The position numbers and the translations under genes were made by a program. Under the pieces are notes generated by a model that was given only the letters and a program-made list of their open reading frames with translations, ran no database searches and was not told the origin of the DNA. A DNA stretch of 52,643 nt, from the IMG/VR virus record IMGVR_UViG_3300012921_000070, positions 1-52,643 of that record; one strand, given 5' to 3'. This DNA comes from a virus (taxonomy: Duplodnaviria; Caudoviricetes). This document shows, piece by piece, positions 36,382 through 46,567 of this stretch; position 1 is the stretch's first letter, and each line of letters opens with the position of its first letter.

Positions 36382-37437
36382 ATGGCCCGCCGTCCCGACA
36401 GTGTGATCTTCGCCGAACTGCTGGAGCGGTTCGAGCCATTGATCCGCGCCGCCTTCCTCGACGCCATCGCGGAGGTGCGGGACAGCATCACGCTTCGCGT
36501 CGTGGTCGAGATGCTCGAGCGGGGTGATGTGGAAGGCGCGATCCGCGCGATGAACCTGGAGCCGGAAGCATTTGCCCGGCTCGAAATGATCTTGCGTGAC
36601 GCCTACAACTCGGGCGGCCTGGCACAGGTCGGCAACCTGCCGGCGCTTCGCGACCCGGAAGGCAATCGCGTCCGGTTCTTCTTCTCGCCGCGCAACATGT
36701 TCGGCGAGGATTGGGTCGCGCGGCACAGCGCTGATCTGATCACGCGCGCCACCGAGGATATGAAGCAGGCAATCCGCCAGCATTTGACCGAGGGGCTATC
36801 CCAGGGCCGGAACCCGACGCAGACCATGCTTTCGGTCATCGGAAGGGTGGAGAAGGTCAGCAATCGCCGCTCAGGCGGCATCCTTGGTCTCACCGCGGCT
36901 CAAGAGCGGTATGTGTCATCGGCGCGGCTGGAGCTTCTGTCGGGCGATCCTGCACTGCTGCGCAACTATCTCACGCGCGCGCGCCGGGACAAGCGCTTCG
37001 ACAGGACGATCGCAAAGGCCATCCGGGAGGGCAGGCCGCTCAGCGAGGCGGACGTTGCCAAGATCACGGGTCGCTATTCGGACGGGCTGCTGAAATACCG
37101 CAGCGAGGTGATAGGCCTCAACGAGACCATGACCGCTCTCGCCAAGAGCAGAGAGAACGCGGTCCGCCAACAGATCGATGCGGGGAAGATCGCGGCGCAG
37201 GACGTGCGCAAGGTCTGGAAACACACTCCGCAGGAGCATCCGCGCTTTCACCATCGGGCGATGAACGGCAAGAGCGTCGGGATCGACGAACAGTTCAAAC
37301 TACCGAACGGGGCCAGGATGAGCTACCCGCACGCGCCCGACGCGCCGGCCGGAGAAACGCTAGGATGCAAATGCACCTACAGCATCAAGATCGACTATTT
37401 CGCATCGGTCGAGCGCCGGTTTAAGGCGGCGGCCTGA
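36382..37437 (+). CDS. MuF/SPP1 gp7-like head morphogenesis protein
   Basis: KVWKH...R..H..MNG...F...MSYP...CKC. Confidence 0.8.
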   Translation: MARRPDSVIFAELLERFEPLIRAAFLDAIAEVRDSITLRVVVEMLERGDVEGAIRAMNLEPEAFARLEMILRDAYNSGGLAQVGNLPALRDPEGNRVRFFFSPRNMFGEDWVARHSADLITRATEDMKQAIRQHLTEGLSQGRNPTQTMLSVIGRVEKVSNRRSGGILGLTAAQERYVSSARLELLSGDPALLRNYLTRARRDKRFDRTIAKAIREGRPLSEADVAKITGRYSDGLLKYRSEVIGLNETMTALAKSRENAVRQQIDAGKIAAQDVRKVWKHTPQEHPRFHHRAMNGKSVGIDEQFKLPNGARMSYPHAPDAPAGETLGCKCTYSIKIDYFASVERRFKAAA

Positions 37438-37886
37438 TGGCACAGTCGTTCAGCGCCACGGTCGAGGAATGGACGCGGAAGGCCGAGGGCGCGGTCGAAG
37501 CCATCTTCAAGGAATCGGTGCAGGAACTTGTCGAGCAGGCCGACGCGCTCCTGACGCAGATGGTCTACGAGGCCCCGCCGAGCCCGAACTACAACCGAAC
37601 GGGCTTCCTACGGGCGTCGATCACGGCGTCAAACATGTCAATGCCTCTGGCAAACCGGCCGCAAGGCGTCCCGCAGGCCGACTACCTGGCTGAAATCGAA
37701 GTCGTGATCGCCGGAACTGATCTCGGCGGGACGATCTACATCGGCTGGACCGCAGAATACGCGGGCTATGTCCACTACGGCGCCAACGGGGCAGTCCCTA
37801 AGCCGTGGGTGGATCTGGTAGCGCAACGGTGGGAAACCATCGTCTTCGACAAGACGCAGGAACTCAGGACTCGCCTCGGTCTGTAG
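37437..37886 (+). CDS. HK97 gp10-like tail completion protein
   Basis: TGFLRAS, YAGYVHYG. Confidence 0.75.
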   Translation: MAQSFSATVEEWTRKAEGAVEAIFKESVQELVEQADALLTQMVYEAPPSPNYNRTGFLRASITASNMSMPLANRPQGVPQADYLAEIEVVIAGTDLGGTIYIGWTAEYAGYVHYGANGAVPKPWVDLVAQRWETIVFDKTQELRTRLGL

Positions 37887-38073
37887 GCACACCGTCGAGC
37901 CGGTCGCTTTCCTGCTCGCCTGCCAAGAGCAGCGCCAGTCCAAGACCGGTGAGAACCTGTCGGGCGGCTTTGAGAGCGGTGTCGCCTCGCACGGTCTCTG
38001 CCGCGCCTTCGCCCATGACCTTGCGGGCCGCGGCAAGGCGTTCATGGACTTCGATGTCGGACAGCAGCTTCAT
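37864..38073 (-). CDS. Small counter-oriented protein (moron)
   Basis: Fills gap between tail genes; own promoter-like TTTCAA-N17-TATCCC. Confidence 0.55.
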   Translation of the reverse strand: MKLLSDIEVHERLAAARKVMGEGAAETVRGDTALKAARQVLTGLGLALLLAGEQESDRLDGVPTDRGES

Positions 38074-38092
38074 GCCGAAGGGATAGCGCAGA

Positions 38093-38512
38093 ATGCCCAG
38101 CGTTGAAACGGCCATGCGCGCTGCCGCGGCGACCCGTGTGGACACGCTGCCGATGAAGGCGACGTTCCCGATCGTCTGGACCGACGAGGCGTCCTACAAC
38201 CCGTCGGCGACCACGCCCTACATTCGAGCGACGTGGGTGCCGAACCAGACGAGCCGGCGCTTCGTTGGGTCTGCTGACCCCCATCAGAGGACTGCGATCC
38301 TCCAACTGGACGTAATGGCAAAGAAGACATGGTCCGGTCTGCAGGCCAGCGAGATCGCAGGGCAGGTTGCCGCGCATTTCCCCGCTGATCACGCCATGTA
38401 TTCCGGTGATGTGAAGTGCAGGGTTACCGCCGCTCCGAACGTCACGGGGCCGATCGCCGGGACCGTGTTCATGCAGGTGCCGGTCACCATCCAGATCGAG
38501 GCCTTCGCCTAA
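38093..38512 (+). CDS. Tail terminator (DUF4128-like)
   Basis: PYIR, ILQLDV, AGQVAAHFP; precedes tail tube. Confidence 0.75.
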   Translation: MPSVETAMRAAAATRVDTLPMKATFPIVWTDEASYNPSATTPYIRATWVPNQTSRRFVGSADPHQRTAILQLDVMAKKTWSGLQASEIAGQVAAHFPADHAMYSGDVKCRVTAAPNVTGPIAGTVFMQVPVTIQIEAFA

Positions 38513-38585
38513 CCAATTCCCGACCAGATCGGGCCGTTCGCCCTGGCCGCGCGCCGGGGTTTTCTGCCATTCAAGGAGACCCCAA

Positions 38586-39095
38586 ATGGCCATTCACAAG
38601 ACGGGTGGAAGCAAGTTCTACATCTCCCCGACCAGCGTCGATGTCGACGCGATCGAGGCGATGAATGACGCGGATATGCTCGAGTTCTACGAGGACATCG
38701 CCGATTGGGAGGAGGTCGAAGAGATCGAGAACCTGGGCACCGTCGGCGATACGGCGGAGGAGATTTCATTCACTACCATCGGGCGCAATCGCGTCCGCAA
38801 GCTGAAGGGCCCGCGCGACGCCGGCACACAGGAGGTTACGGTCGGCCGTGACCCTCTGGATGATGGGCAAGAAGCGCTCATCGCGGCCGAAGGCAACGAC
38901 TTCAATTATCCGTTCAAGATCGAACTGAACGACGCCCGTTCGGCGAATTATACGAAGTCGGTGCTGTATTACGCCGGTCTTGTCATGTCCAAGCCGACGA
39001 ACATGGGCACGAACCCCACGGTGGTGACTCGCGCGTTCAACATCGGCATCAACACCTCGATCGTCGAAGTCAAGTCCGCGGTCATCACCCCGTAG
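38586..39095 (+). CDS. Major tail tube protein
   Basis: GTVGD, RVRKLKGPRDAG, DPLDDGQ; AAGGAG RBS. Confidence 0.82.
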   Translation: MAIHKTGGSKFYISPTSVDVDAIEAMNDADMLEFYEDIADWEEVEEIENLGTVGDTAEEISFTTIGRNRVRKLKGPRDAGTQEVTVGRDPLDDGQEALIAAEGNDFNYPFKIELNDARSANYTKSVLYYAGLVMSKPTNMGTNPTVVTRAFNIGINTSIVEVKSAVITP

Positions 39096-39185
39096 CCGTT
39101 CCCCTTCTGCGCAGAACGGCCCGCCCTGTCGTCGGGGCAGGGCGGGTCACCCCCGACACCCGACATATCCCGATAGGAGAATTCC

Positions 39186-39719
39186 ATGGTCGACTTTGAC
39201 CTGTCGGCGTTCGACGCCGTCGACGAAAGCTATTTCATCGCCCACGCGACTGATGCCGTCCGCTGGGTGTGGACCTATGCCGGCCCCGGTCATCCCAAGA
39301 CCATCGAGATTTCGAACCGTCGCGCCAAGAAGGATCTGCACGAGACCGCCCGGCAACAGCAGGCGATCGTCAACGGCAAGAAGTGGAAGGCCGAAGAGCA
39401 GTCCGTCGAAGAGGCCAAGGAAGATACGGTGCGCATCGCGACCGAACGCCTCCTTGGATGGCACCTGGAGGACGTGAAGACCGGCAAGAGGCTTCCCGAC
39501 CTGCCGAAGCTCAATGGCGAGCCGCTGCCGTTCAGCGAGGCCAATGCGATGCAGTTCCTTCGTGAGCCGCGCCGCATCGACACGCTCAGGCGGGCGCTCG
39601 AATGGCTGGGTGATGAGAATTCTTTTACGCAGCGCTCGGCGACGACCTCCGGGGATTCGCTGAGCGAACATTCGAGCTCGACCGGGACGAAGAAGGCCGC
39701 ACCCGCAGAGACCGCCTGA
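39186..39719 (+). CDS. Tail assembly chaperone G
   Basis: Between tube and tape measure; AGPGHP. Confidence 0.75.
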   Translation: MVDFDLSAFDAVDESYFIAHATDAVRWVWTYAGPGHPKTIEISNRRAKKDLHETARQQQAIVNGKKWKAEEQSVEEAKEDTVRIATERLLGWHLEDVKTGKRLPDLPKLNGEPLPFSEANAMQFLREPRRIDTLRRALEWLGDENSFTQRSATTSGDSLSEHSSSTGTKKAAPAETA

Positions 39720-40078
39720 CATCGAGGCTTGAGCGGGCGATCCGCAAGAACCGGCAGGACATTGCCGCCCAGCTTGAGGCCGATCTTGAATGCCCGCCAT
39801 TCCCCATGGCGCTCAACTACATCTGGCGTGCGTGGTCTCGACTGAGACGCCGCACGCGAGACGGGATCAACGGCCCTGGCCCGATCACGATAGAGGCGAT
39901 CGACGCTTTTATCCGCCGAACCGGGCTTCATCTCTCCCCGCAGGACATCGAACTGATCGAAGACATCGACGACCTGTATCTGTCCAAGGTGGCGGAGCAG
40001 GCGAGCGAGCGGGATCGTCAACAGGCGATCAAGGACGGCCTGGTGCAGGCCAGCAAAACGGGAATGAAAGGAGGCTGA
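39623..40078 (+). CDS. Tail assembly chaperone GT extension (-1 frameshift)
   Basis: -1 frame open from 39617 to 40078; TTCTTTT at 39620-26. Confidence 0.65.
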   Translation, partial: FYAALGDDLRGFAERTFELDRDEEGRTRRDRLTSRLERAIRKNRQDIAAQLEADLECPPFPMALNYIWRAWSRLRRRTRDGINGPGPITIEAIDAFIRRTGLHLSPQDIELIEDIDDLYLSKVAEQASERDRQQAIKDGLVQASKTGMKGG

Positions 40079-40079
40079 G

Positions 40080-42221
40080 ATGGAAGTCGCTTCGCTTGGC
40101 CTCGCGGTCGATAGTTCCCAGGCCGACAAGGGCGCGATCTCGCTTGAGCGGCTTTCGAGCGCCGCCAAGCGCGCGGAGTCCGCAACGCGGGGCCTCGCTG
40201 GGGGTGCCAACGCCAGCAGCACTGCGTCGGCCGCAGCGGCTGGTTCCGCGAACCGGGCCGCTGCCGCGCTCAATGTCGAAGCCGCAGCCGCCACCAAGGC
40301 CGCCAACGCGATGCATGTTCATGGCAAGGCGGTGAACGACAACGCGCGCCGTATGGGCGGCTCCATGTCCGGCCTCGCTGCACAATTTCAGGATATCGGT
40401 GTCACGGCCGCGATGGGCATGAACCCGGCCCTTATCGCGCTTCAGCAGGGCACCCAGATCGCAGGCCAGATGGAAATGGCCATGCAGAGCGGCGCGAAGG
40501 CTACCGATGTGCTCGGCACGGCCTTCAGGTCGCTGTTCTCGCCCCTGACCTTTGTCACGATCGCGCTCACCGCGCTTGCCGCCGTCGGCCTCCAGATGGT
40601 GGATTGGGCTGGTCTCGCCGCTGCTGCCCTTCGCGCGCTCGCCTCGGTGCTCCAGACCATTGCGCCCTACGCTGCCATGGCTGCGGCTGGTCTTGCCCTC
40701 CTCTATGCCCCAGCGATCATCGGCGGCGTTGTCTCCCTTATTGCTCTCCTCGGTCGCCTTGCCGTATCGGCTTTGGCCGTCGCCGGCGCTATGGCAGCTG
40801 CGAACCCGGCCGCTGCATTCGTGCTCGGCATCACGGCCGCAGTCGCGGCGGCGAATATCTTCCGGGACGAGCTCACCCAGATATTCGGCGTCGATATCGT
40901 CGGCGCGGCAAAGACGGGCGCGAACTATGTCATCGGCTCGTTTGTCGCGGCCTACGAGGACATCAAATTTGTCTGGAACAACTTCGGCAACATCATCGGC
41001 GCGGCCATCACCGGCGCGGTGAACGCGGTCGTTGATGGCGTCAACACGATGATCCAGAAAGCCGCCACCGGCGTCGATTGGTTGATTGATAAGCTCAATC
41101 AGATTCCTGGCGTCAACCTTGAGAAGATCGGATCGGTTGGCGATATCGTTCCGAAGTGGAAGAACGACTACGCCGCGAAGGCGGGCGCAGCGCTTGAGGG
41201 GCGAAACAAGGCTGTAGCCGATGCGTTGAGCCGTGACTACCTTGGCGAGTTTGGTGCCGGCATCACCAAGGGCGCATCGGCTGCTTCTGCAAAGCTGAAG
41301 GAACTCGCCGCTGACCTGACGAAGGTCGACGAAAAGACCAAGAAGAAGGGCGGTGGTGGCAAGACAGACGGCGAGAAGTTCTCTGACATCGTTAGGGACG
41401 CCGACGCCAAGATCGCGGCACTTCGTGCGGAGCAGGCAGGGCTGGGCCAGACCGCCGAAGCGGCGGCGCGACTGCGCTACGAACAGGAACTCCTGAACAA
41501 GGCGACCCAGGCGGGCCTCACGCTAGATCCGCAGCAGATCGCGTTGCTCAAGGCCAAGGCGGCGGAGATGGCCTCTGTCGAGGCGGCGACCAAGCGCGCC
41601 AAGGAAAACCAGGACGCCTTGAACGAGGCCGGCAAGGGCTTCGGTGGCATCCTGAAGGGTTTGCTCGACGGCACGATGACATGGAAGGACGCGCTACAGG
41701 CGGCCATCCCGATCCTTCTGAAGCTGCTCGACACGATGAACAAGGCCGGCGGTGGCAAGGGCATCTTCGGCGGTGGTTTCCTGCAGTCGATCCTTCAGGG
41801 CTTCTTTGGCTTCGCCAAGGGCGGATACACCGGCAACAAGCCGGCTCACGCCCCTGCGGGCATCGTCCATGGCGGCGAGTTCGTGTTCTCCAAGAAAGCG
41901 ACCGATCGCATCGGCGTCGGCAATCTGACCCGTGCCCACAATGCCGCCAAGGGCTATGCCCAGGGTGGGTATGTCGCGCCGATCACGCCGCGCATGCAGG
42001 CGCCTGCGACCGACCAGCCCCTCCGTATCGAGGTCGTCTCGCGCTTCGATGCCGATGGCGGCTTTGACACGGCCGTGGAGCGCGTCGCCGGACCCGTCGC
42101 CACACGCGAAAGCGTCAAAATGGGATCTAAGGTCGCCAAGGCGGTTCCGGGAATGGTCGACGCGCGCAACGACGAGGCCAAGTATCGTCGTATCCGGCCG
42201 CAGTTTGCTGGGGTGGGCTGA
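40080..42221 (+). CDS. Tape measure protein
   Basis: 713 aa Ala-rich; AQFQDIGV..QQGTQI; FAKGGYTG..PAGIVHGGEFV. Confidence 0.92.
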   Translation: MEVASLGLAVDSSQADKGAISLERLSSAAKRAESATRGLAGGANASSTASAAAAGSANRAAAALNVEAAAATKAANAMHVHGKAVNDNARRMGGSMSGLAAQFQDIGVTAAMGMNPALIALQQGTQIAGQMEMAMQSGAKATDVLGTAFRSLFSPLTFVTIALTALAAVGLQMVDWAGLAAAALRALASVLQTIAPYAAMAAAGLALLYAPAIIGGVVSLIALLGRLAVSALAVAGAMAAANPAAAFVLGITAAVAAANIFRDELTQIFGVDIVGAAKTGANYVIGSFVAAYEDIKFVWNNFGNIIGAAITGAVNAVVDGVNTMIQKAATGVDWLIDKLNQIPGVNLEKIGSVGDIVPKWKNDYAAKAGAALEGRNKAVADALSRDYLGEFGAGITKGASAASAKLKELAADLTKVDEKTKKKGGGGKTDGEKFSDIVRDADAKIAALRAEQAGLGQTAEAAARLRYEQELLNKATQAGLTLDPQQIALLKAKAAEMASVEAATKRAKENQDALNEAGKGFGGILKGLLDGTMTWKDALQAAIPILLKLLDTMNKAGGGKGIFGGGFLQSILQGFFGFAKGGYTGNKPAHAPAGIVHGGEFVFSKKATDRIGVGNLTRAHNAAKGYAQGGYVAPITPRMQAPATDQPLRIEVVSRFDADGGFDTAVERVAGPVATRESVKMGSKVAKAVPGMVDARNDEAKYRRIRPQFAGVG

Positions 42222-42928
42222 TGTTTCGGCTGCTTCCTTTCAGCGAAGACACGTGGATCGTTTCGATCGACTGGATCAACGGTCCCAACGCCCGCAACTC
42301 CGGATCGACCACAGCGACGGACGGCAGCGAACAGTCTTTCGATGGTGTAGGTGACGTTGTATCGCTTCGGCTGAACCTCGCCGGGGCGAAAGGCACACGC
42401 GCGCGCCGCAACCGGGGCTTGGTGACGGCGGTTTCGCCAGGCAATGCGTTCCGGTTCACCTATATCGATCCGGACATCATGACGCCCGCTGAGGCGGGAG
42501 TCGTTGGCAGTTATGGCTCGCAGCGATGGTCAAACGGCATGCCGTGGTCAAACGGCCGAAACTGGCAGCCCGCATATCCCATCGTGCCGGTTGCGGCGGC
42601 GTCGGGATACAACACAGGCATCGTCTCGCTTGGATCGGCTTTCTGGGGCCACAATCTCGGGCTTGGCGACCACATCGGGTTCTTCCCGTTTCACTTCGGC
42701 ATCTACACCGTCACCGAGGTAATCGCCGCGGGCCAGTATCGGGTCTGGCCTCGGCTCAGAAAGGCGCTTTCCCCAAGCGACTACTGCACCCTCAACCCCA
42801 CCGTCGTGATGCGCCCCACCAGCAAGGAAACCGCGACGTGGTCGCGCAACCCGTTACTTCAAGATGGCATCTCGATTACATGCACCGAAGTGATCGACCC
42901 CTATGTCCGCCAGCATTTCGAAGGCTGA
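42221..42928 (+). CDS. Distal tail protein
   Basis: Directly after tape measure. Confidence 0.6.
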   Translation: MFRLLPFSEDTWIVSIDWINGPNARNSGSTTATDGSEQSFDGVGDVVSLRLNLAGAKGTRARRNRGLVTAVSPGNAFRFTYIDPDIMTPAEAGVVGSYGSQRWSNGMPWSNGRNWQPAYPIVPVAAASGYNTGIVSLGSAFWGHNLGLGDHIGFFPFHFGIYTVTEVIAAGQYRVWPRLRKALSPSDYCTLNPTVVMRPTSKETATWSRNPLLQDGISITCTEVIDPYVRQHFEG

Positions 42929-42931
42929 CAC

Positions 42932-43507
42932 GTGATCTTCTCCGACGATGATTTCGCGAAGCTGCAATGGCTTCACGTCCAGCGCACTTGGCTGGCGCAC
43001 TGCTTTTTCCCCCAAGGGGAGAGACGGCTTCACACCGGCATGGGGCCGCTCGACATGGGCGGCTACACCTGGGAAGGCATATCCGACCCGTTCGGCGGGC
43101 AGTTGGTCGGGATGTCCGGCATCGAGGAGCCGATATTCGGGCAAGCCGTCGCGGTTGAGATCGTTCTGTCCGGTGCCAATCGTGAGTTCCTGAAAACGGT
43201 ATGGACCGATCGGCATGCCATCATCGGACGTCGGTGCGATCTCTACTTTGCGACGGTGGAGCCAGAGACCGGGGAAACGCTGGTCGACATCAAGCGGATG
43301 ATACGGGGCAAGTTCTCTGCCCCCGCTTTCTCGATCATCGGTGCGTCGGTCAGGGCAATCAAGATCAAGGTCGTCGCTCCCTGGGAAGGGCTGAACTTTC
43401 CGGAAACCGGATACATGTGGAGCCCGGCCGGCGCGCGTCAGCGCAACTCTGGCGACAAGGGCCAGGACCACGTCAACGATCAGATCATCGACGACTTCAA
43501 GCCATGA
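42932..43507 (+). CDS. Minor tail/hub protein
   Basis: RLHTGMG...WEG...GDKG; position. Confidence 0.6.
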   Translation: MIFSDDDFAKLQWLHVQRTWLAHCFFPQGERRLHTGMGPLDMGGYTWEGISDPFGGQLVGMSGIEEPIFGQAVAVEIVLSGANREFLKTVWTDRHAIIGRRCDLYFATVEPETGETLVDIKRMIRGKFSAPAFSIIGASVRAIKIKVVAPWEGLNFPETGYMWSPAGARQRNSGDKGQDHVNDQIIDDFKP

Positions 43508-43944
43508 CACACAACGATCGGGAAAGGGGCGAGCGGCTTCGCACGTTCTGCGCATCCGTGGCGGGAAAGCCGATCGAATGGGGTCAAGACGATTGCTCGA
43601 CATGGGTGTTGCAGTGGGTCGTGAACGAGACCGGCAGCGAGGTTGACTGGCCTGCCTATTCGAGCCGAGAGGAGGCAGAGGCCATGATCGCCTCCGCCGG
43701 AGGGTTAGAGGCAATCTGGACGCGGATGGCTCGTGACCTTCGCCTCGTGGAGTGCCACGAGGAGGCCATCCCGGCGGGGTCTGTCGGGCTGCTGAACGTC
43801 GAGACATGGGGCGGTCCTGTGGGTGTGATCTTCGCACACGGCAATGTCGTTTGCTGGCGCCACGAACGGGGAGCGCGTGTGTTCGGAGTGCGCCGCTGGT
43901 CAAACGCCGGCCGTGCCACCATCGTGAAGGTCTGGACCGTCTAG
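43504..43944 (+). CDS. NlpC/P60-like tail assembly protein
   Basis: EWGQDDC motif; lambda gpK position. Confidence 0.65.
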   Translation: MTHNDRERGERLRTFCASVAGKPIEWGQDDCSTWVLQWVVNETGSEVDWPAYSSREEAEAMIASAGGLEAIWTRMARDLRLVECHEEAIPAGSVGLLNVETWGGPVGVIFAHGNVVCWRHERGARVFGVRRWSNAGRATIVKVWTV

Positions 43945-46500
43945 ATGAAGATCAGGACCGTTCTTCTAGCCGGCGCCTCGCTGCTGGCGTTGACGACGCA
44001 CGCCTACAGTTTCGAGGCCATCGGCATCTTGATCGTCAATGTGGCGTTCGCTCTCCCAGGGGGTGTTCCTGCACTTGCTGCCCTGTTCCCGGCCGGCGCG
44101 TCCGCCGCCACGATCGGAGCTGCGGCTGTCTCTACTGCGCTGTCGCTTGGCGGCCTTGCGGTCAGTTTCCTGAACCAGCCGAAACTCCCCACACAAAAGA
44201 TCAAGCAAACCACGCAGGGTGCCGAAGGACCCGGCATCACGCTGTTCGGTCGAGCGGAGGCCAAGGGCCGCATCCTGTTCGGACGATCGACGGGCTACTA
44301 CCACACAAGGCTCGTCGCTCATGCGTTCGGGCCGGTCTCGACGATTGAAGCCTACTTCTACGACGGCCGCGAAATCACGGTGGAGCCCGACGGACTGGTG
44401 TCGTCGCCGCCTTGGGCCTATTGGGACCCGGGCGGCGGCTGGGACATCGCTGGGTCAACCGGCTCGTTCATGAACGTGCTTTCGCAAGTCGGCGACGGGA
44501 CAGAAGAAGCCTTCGCCTCGATGCTGACTGACTTCCCGAGCACGTGGACGGCAGCGCATCGGAACATCGGACTCGCGCAAAGCAGGGTGCGCATCCGCAG
44601 TCCAGGCACCCAAAGCGATAAATTCGGCCGCCTACTCCAGGGCGGAGTGAAGGAACTCAGCGTCCGCGGGCGGTGGCTTGAGCCATATGATCCGCGGATC
44701 GATGGCTACCAATGGACAATCAACGGCGTTTTGTGGTCGCTGCACTTCCTTCGCCAACTCGGCATGATCGATGACGAGGACATCGACTTTGATGACATCG
44801 GTGCGACGGCGACGCTGGGCGAAGCCACAGTCACGACCAAGACTGGAACGACGCAACGGTGCCAGGTGTCCGGCGGATGGGAAGGACCACTCACCCTCGA
44901 TATCGTCGCGGACATCATGCAGTCGTCCGGGCTGGAGTTGTATCAGACGGCCGCTGGCAAATGGTCTCTGCGGTTCATAGAGGATTGGCCGGAACCCGAA
45001 ATTTCAATCCCCGCCTCGTGCATCGTCGCGATCTATCCGCAGGCCGGGCCTGATAACGGCAAGCGCGCGACGCGCTGCACGCTCAGCTACTTCTCTCCGG
45101 AGCGGCGGTATGAAAGGGCGGAGGTCGCTCTTCACGAGATCGACACCGAGACCGACGAATACAAGGGCGCCGGCTGGGCGCGGCTGGACGATGAGGCTGA
45201 AGAACTCGGCGAGCAAGAGTTCCCATGCGACCTGACCTACACCTGCCATGCCTCGCTCGCGCAGAGGCTGGCGCGGCAGTTGTTCTATCTGGCTCGCGCC
45301 GACGCTGGTCTGTTGGTGACGAACTTCGCCGGCATCGCGGCGTGGGGCAGACGAACCGCGCTTATTGAGTTCCCGGATATTGGAGAGGATGGGGCATCGG
45401 TGTGGCTACGGGCGCGCCTTGGCGCTGTTCGGCCGAACGATGCCGAGGGCACGGTCGAGATACCGTTCAAGTTGATCCCGGAAATCCTCGCCACGCCGTT
45501 CAACCCGACAACCGACGAGGTCGACCCACCGCCCGTGTTGGTCCCTCCTATCACGGAATCCGATCTGACAAAGCCGCCACAGCCAACCGCGGCATGCGTG
45601 GTGCAGTATCCGGACGGGACACGCGAGTTGCGCGTCGCGACGGAAACCCCATCTGGCGCGGCGCATGTCGAAGCAGTGTTCAGGGTGTGGGACGCTGGAG
45701 GCCCGCTGCCGGGTCAGTCGATGACCGAGGTAGAACTGCCAGGCGCGGCAGACTTCGCCTGGCGGCAGATCAAATACAACATCTTCACCAATCCCGACAC
45801 ATGGTCGGGGTGGACGCTGGGCACGGGGTGGGCCGCTTCGCCTCCCTATCTGGTCGCGACGGCCGGGACACAATCGGCGGCGAACCAGACGCATGCCTTC
45901 ACGGCCGGCCTGTCCTACGACTTCATCGTCACCATTTCCGACCGGACGGCCGGCGTGCTGCGGCCCCGGTTTGGCGGCGGCGGCGCGGTCGAGGGCACGG
46001 ACATCTCGACCAACGGGACGTTCACCCAGACGCTGGTGGCAGCCAGCGGATCGTCTACTGCCAATTTCCGCAAGGATGCCAGCTTCAACGGCAAGCTCTC
46101 GGCGCCAAAGCTCTACCACACTGGGGATCATCCCGTGCTGGAGCTCGGCTCCAAGGTCGACTTCCGCAAGCGGATCTTCGACGGCGACGGCAATGCCAGC
46201 GAGTTCTCGGATGCGCTCGTGGTCGAGAGCATCGCGATCGACAATACGCCACTGACGACCCTCAGCATCGCCTCCGAGCGTGTGTTGATCGATGTCGGTG
46301 GGGGGGAGACCTATGCGTATGACCGCGTGGTCTTCACGGTCACCGCGCTTCGAACCGCCGCCTACCAGGTCAGCACCGGCCCGATCGTCAAGACTCGGCC
46401 CGGAACCTACACGGTGGACATAGGTCCGGTTGATCCGGAAGACCCAGCCGCCACCTATCCGGTCGTTCTTTACGTCTCGGACGGCACGCCCAGCACATGA
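43945..46500 (+). CDS. Tail tip/central fibre protein
   Basis: 851 aa; LFGR..G, YDPR, AQRLAR; beta-rich C-terminus. Confidence 0.8.
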   Translation: MKIRTVLLAGASLLALTTHAYSFEAIGILIVNVAFALPGGVPALAALFPAGASAATIGAAAVSTALSLGGLAVSFLNQPKLPTQKIKQTTQGAEGPGITLFGRAEAKGRILFGRSTGYYHTRLVAHAFGPVSTIEAYFYDGREITVEPDGLVSSPPWAYWDPGGGWDIAGSTGSFMNVLSQVGDGTEEAFASMLTDFPSTWTAAHRNIGLAQSRVRIRSPGTQSDKFGRLLQGGVKELSVRGRWLEPYDPRIDGYQWTINGVLWSLHFLRQLGMIDDEDIDFDDIGATATLGEATVTTKTGTTQRCQVSGGWEGPLTLDIVADIMQSSGLELYQTAAGKWSLRFIEDWPEPEISIPASCIVAIYPQAGPDNGKRATRCTLSYFSPERRYERAEVALHEIDTETDEYKGAGWARLDDEAEELGEQEFPCDLTYTCHASLAQRLARQLFYLARADAGLLVTNFAGIAAWGRRTALIEFPDIGEDGASVWLRARLGAVRPNDAEGTVEIPFKLIPEILATPFNPTTDEVDPPPVLVPPITESDLTKPPQPTAACVVQYPDGTRELRVATETPSGAAHVEAVFRVWDAGGPLPGQSMTEVELPGAADFAWRQIKYNIFTNPDTWSGWTLGTGWAASPPYLVATAGTQSAANQTHAFTAGLSYDFIVTISDRTAGVLRPRFGGGGAVEGTDISTNGTFTQTLVAASGSSTANFRKDASFNGKLSAPKLYHTGDHPVLELGSKVDFRKRIFDGDGNASEFSDALVVESIAIDNTPLTTLSIASERVLIDVGGGETYAYDRVVFTVTALRTAAYQVSTGPIVKTRPGTYTVDIGPVDPEDPAATYPVVLYVSDGTPST

Positions 46501-46567
46501 AGCAACACGCCCGGCGCGACCGCGACGGCGATCTACACCTGATCAATCCAAGCAATTCGAGGTTGCC

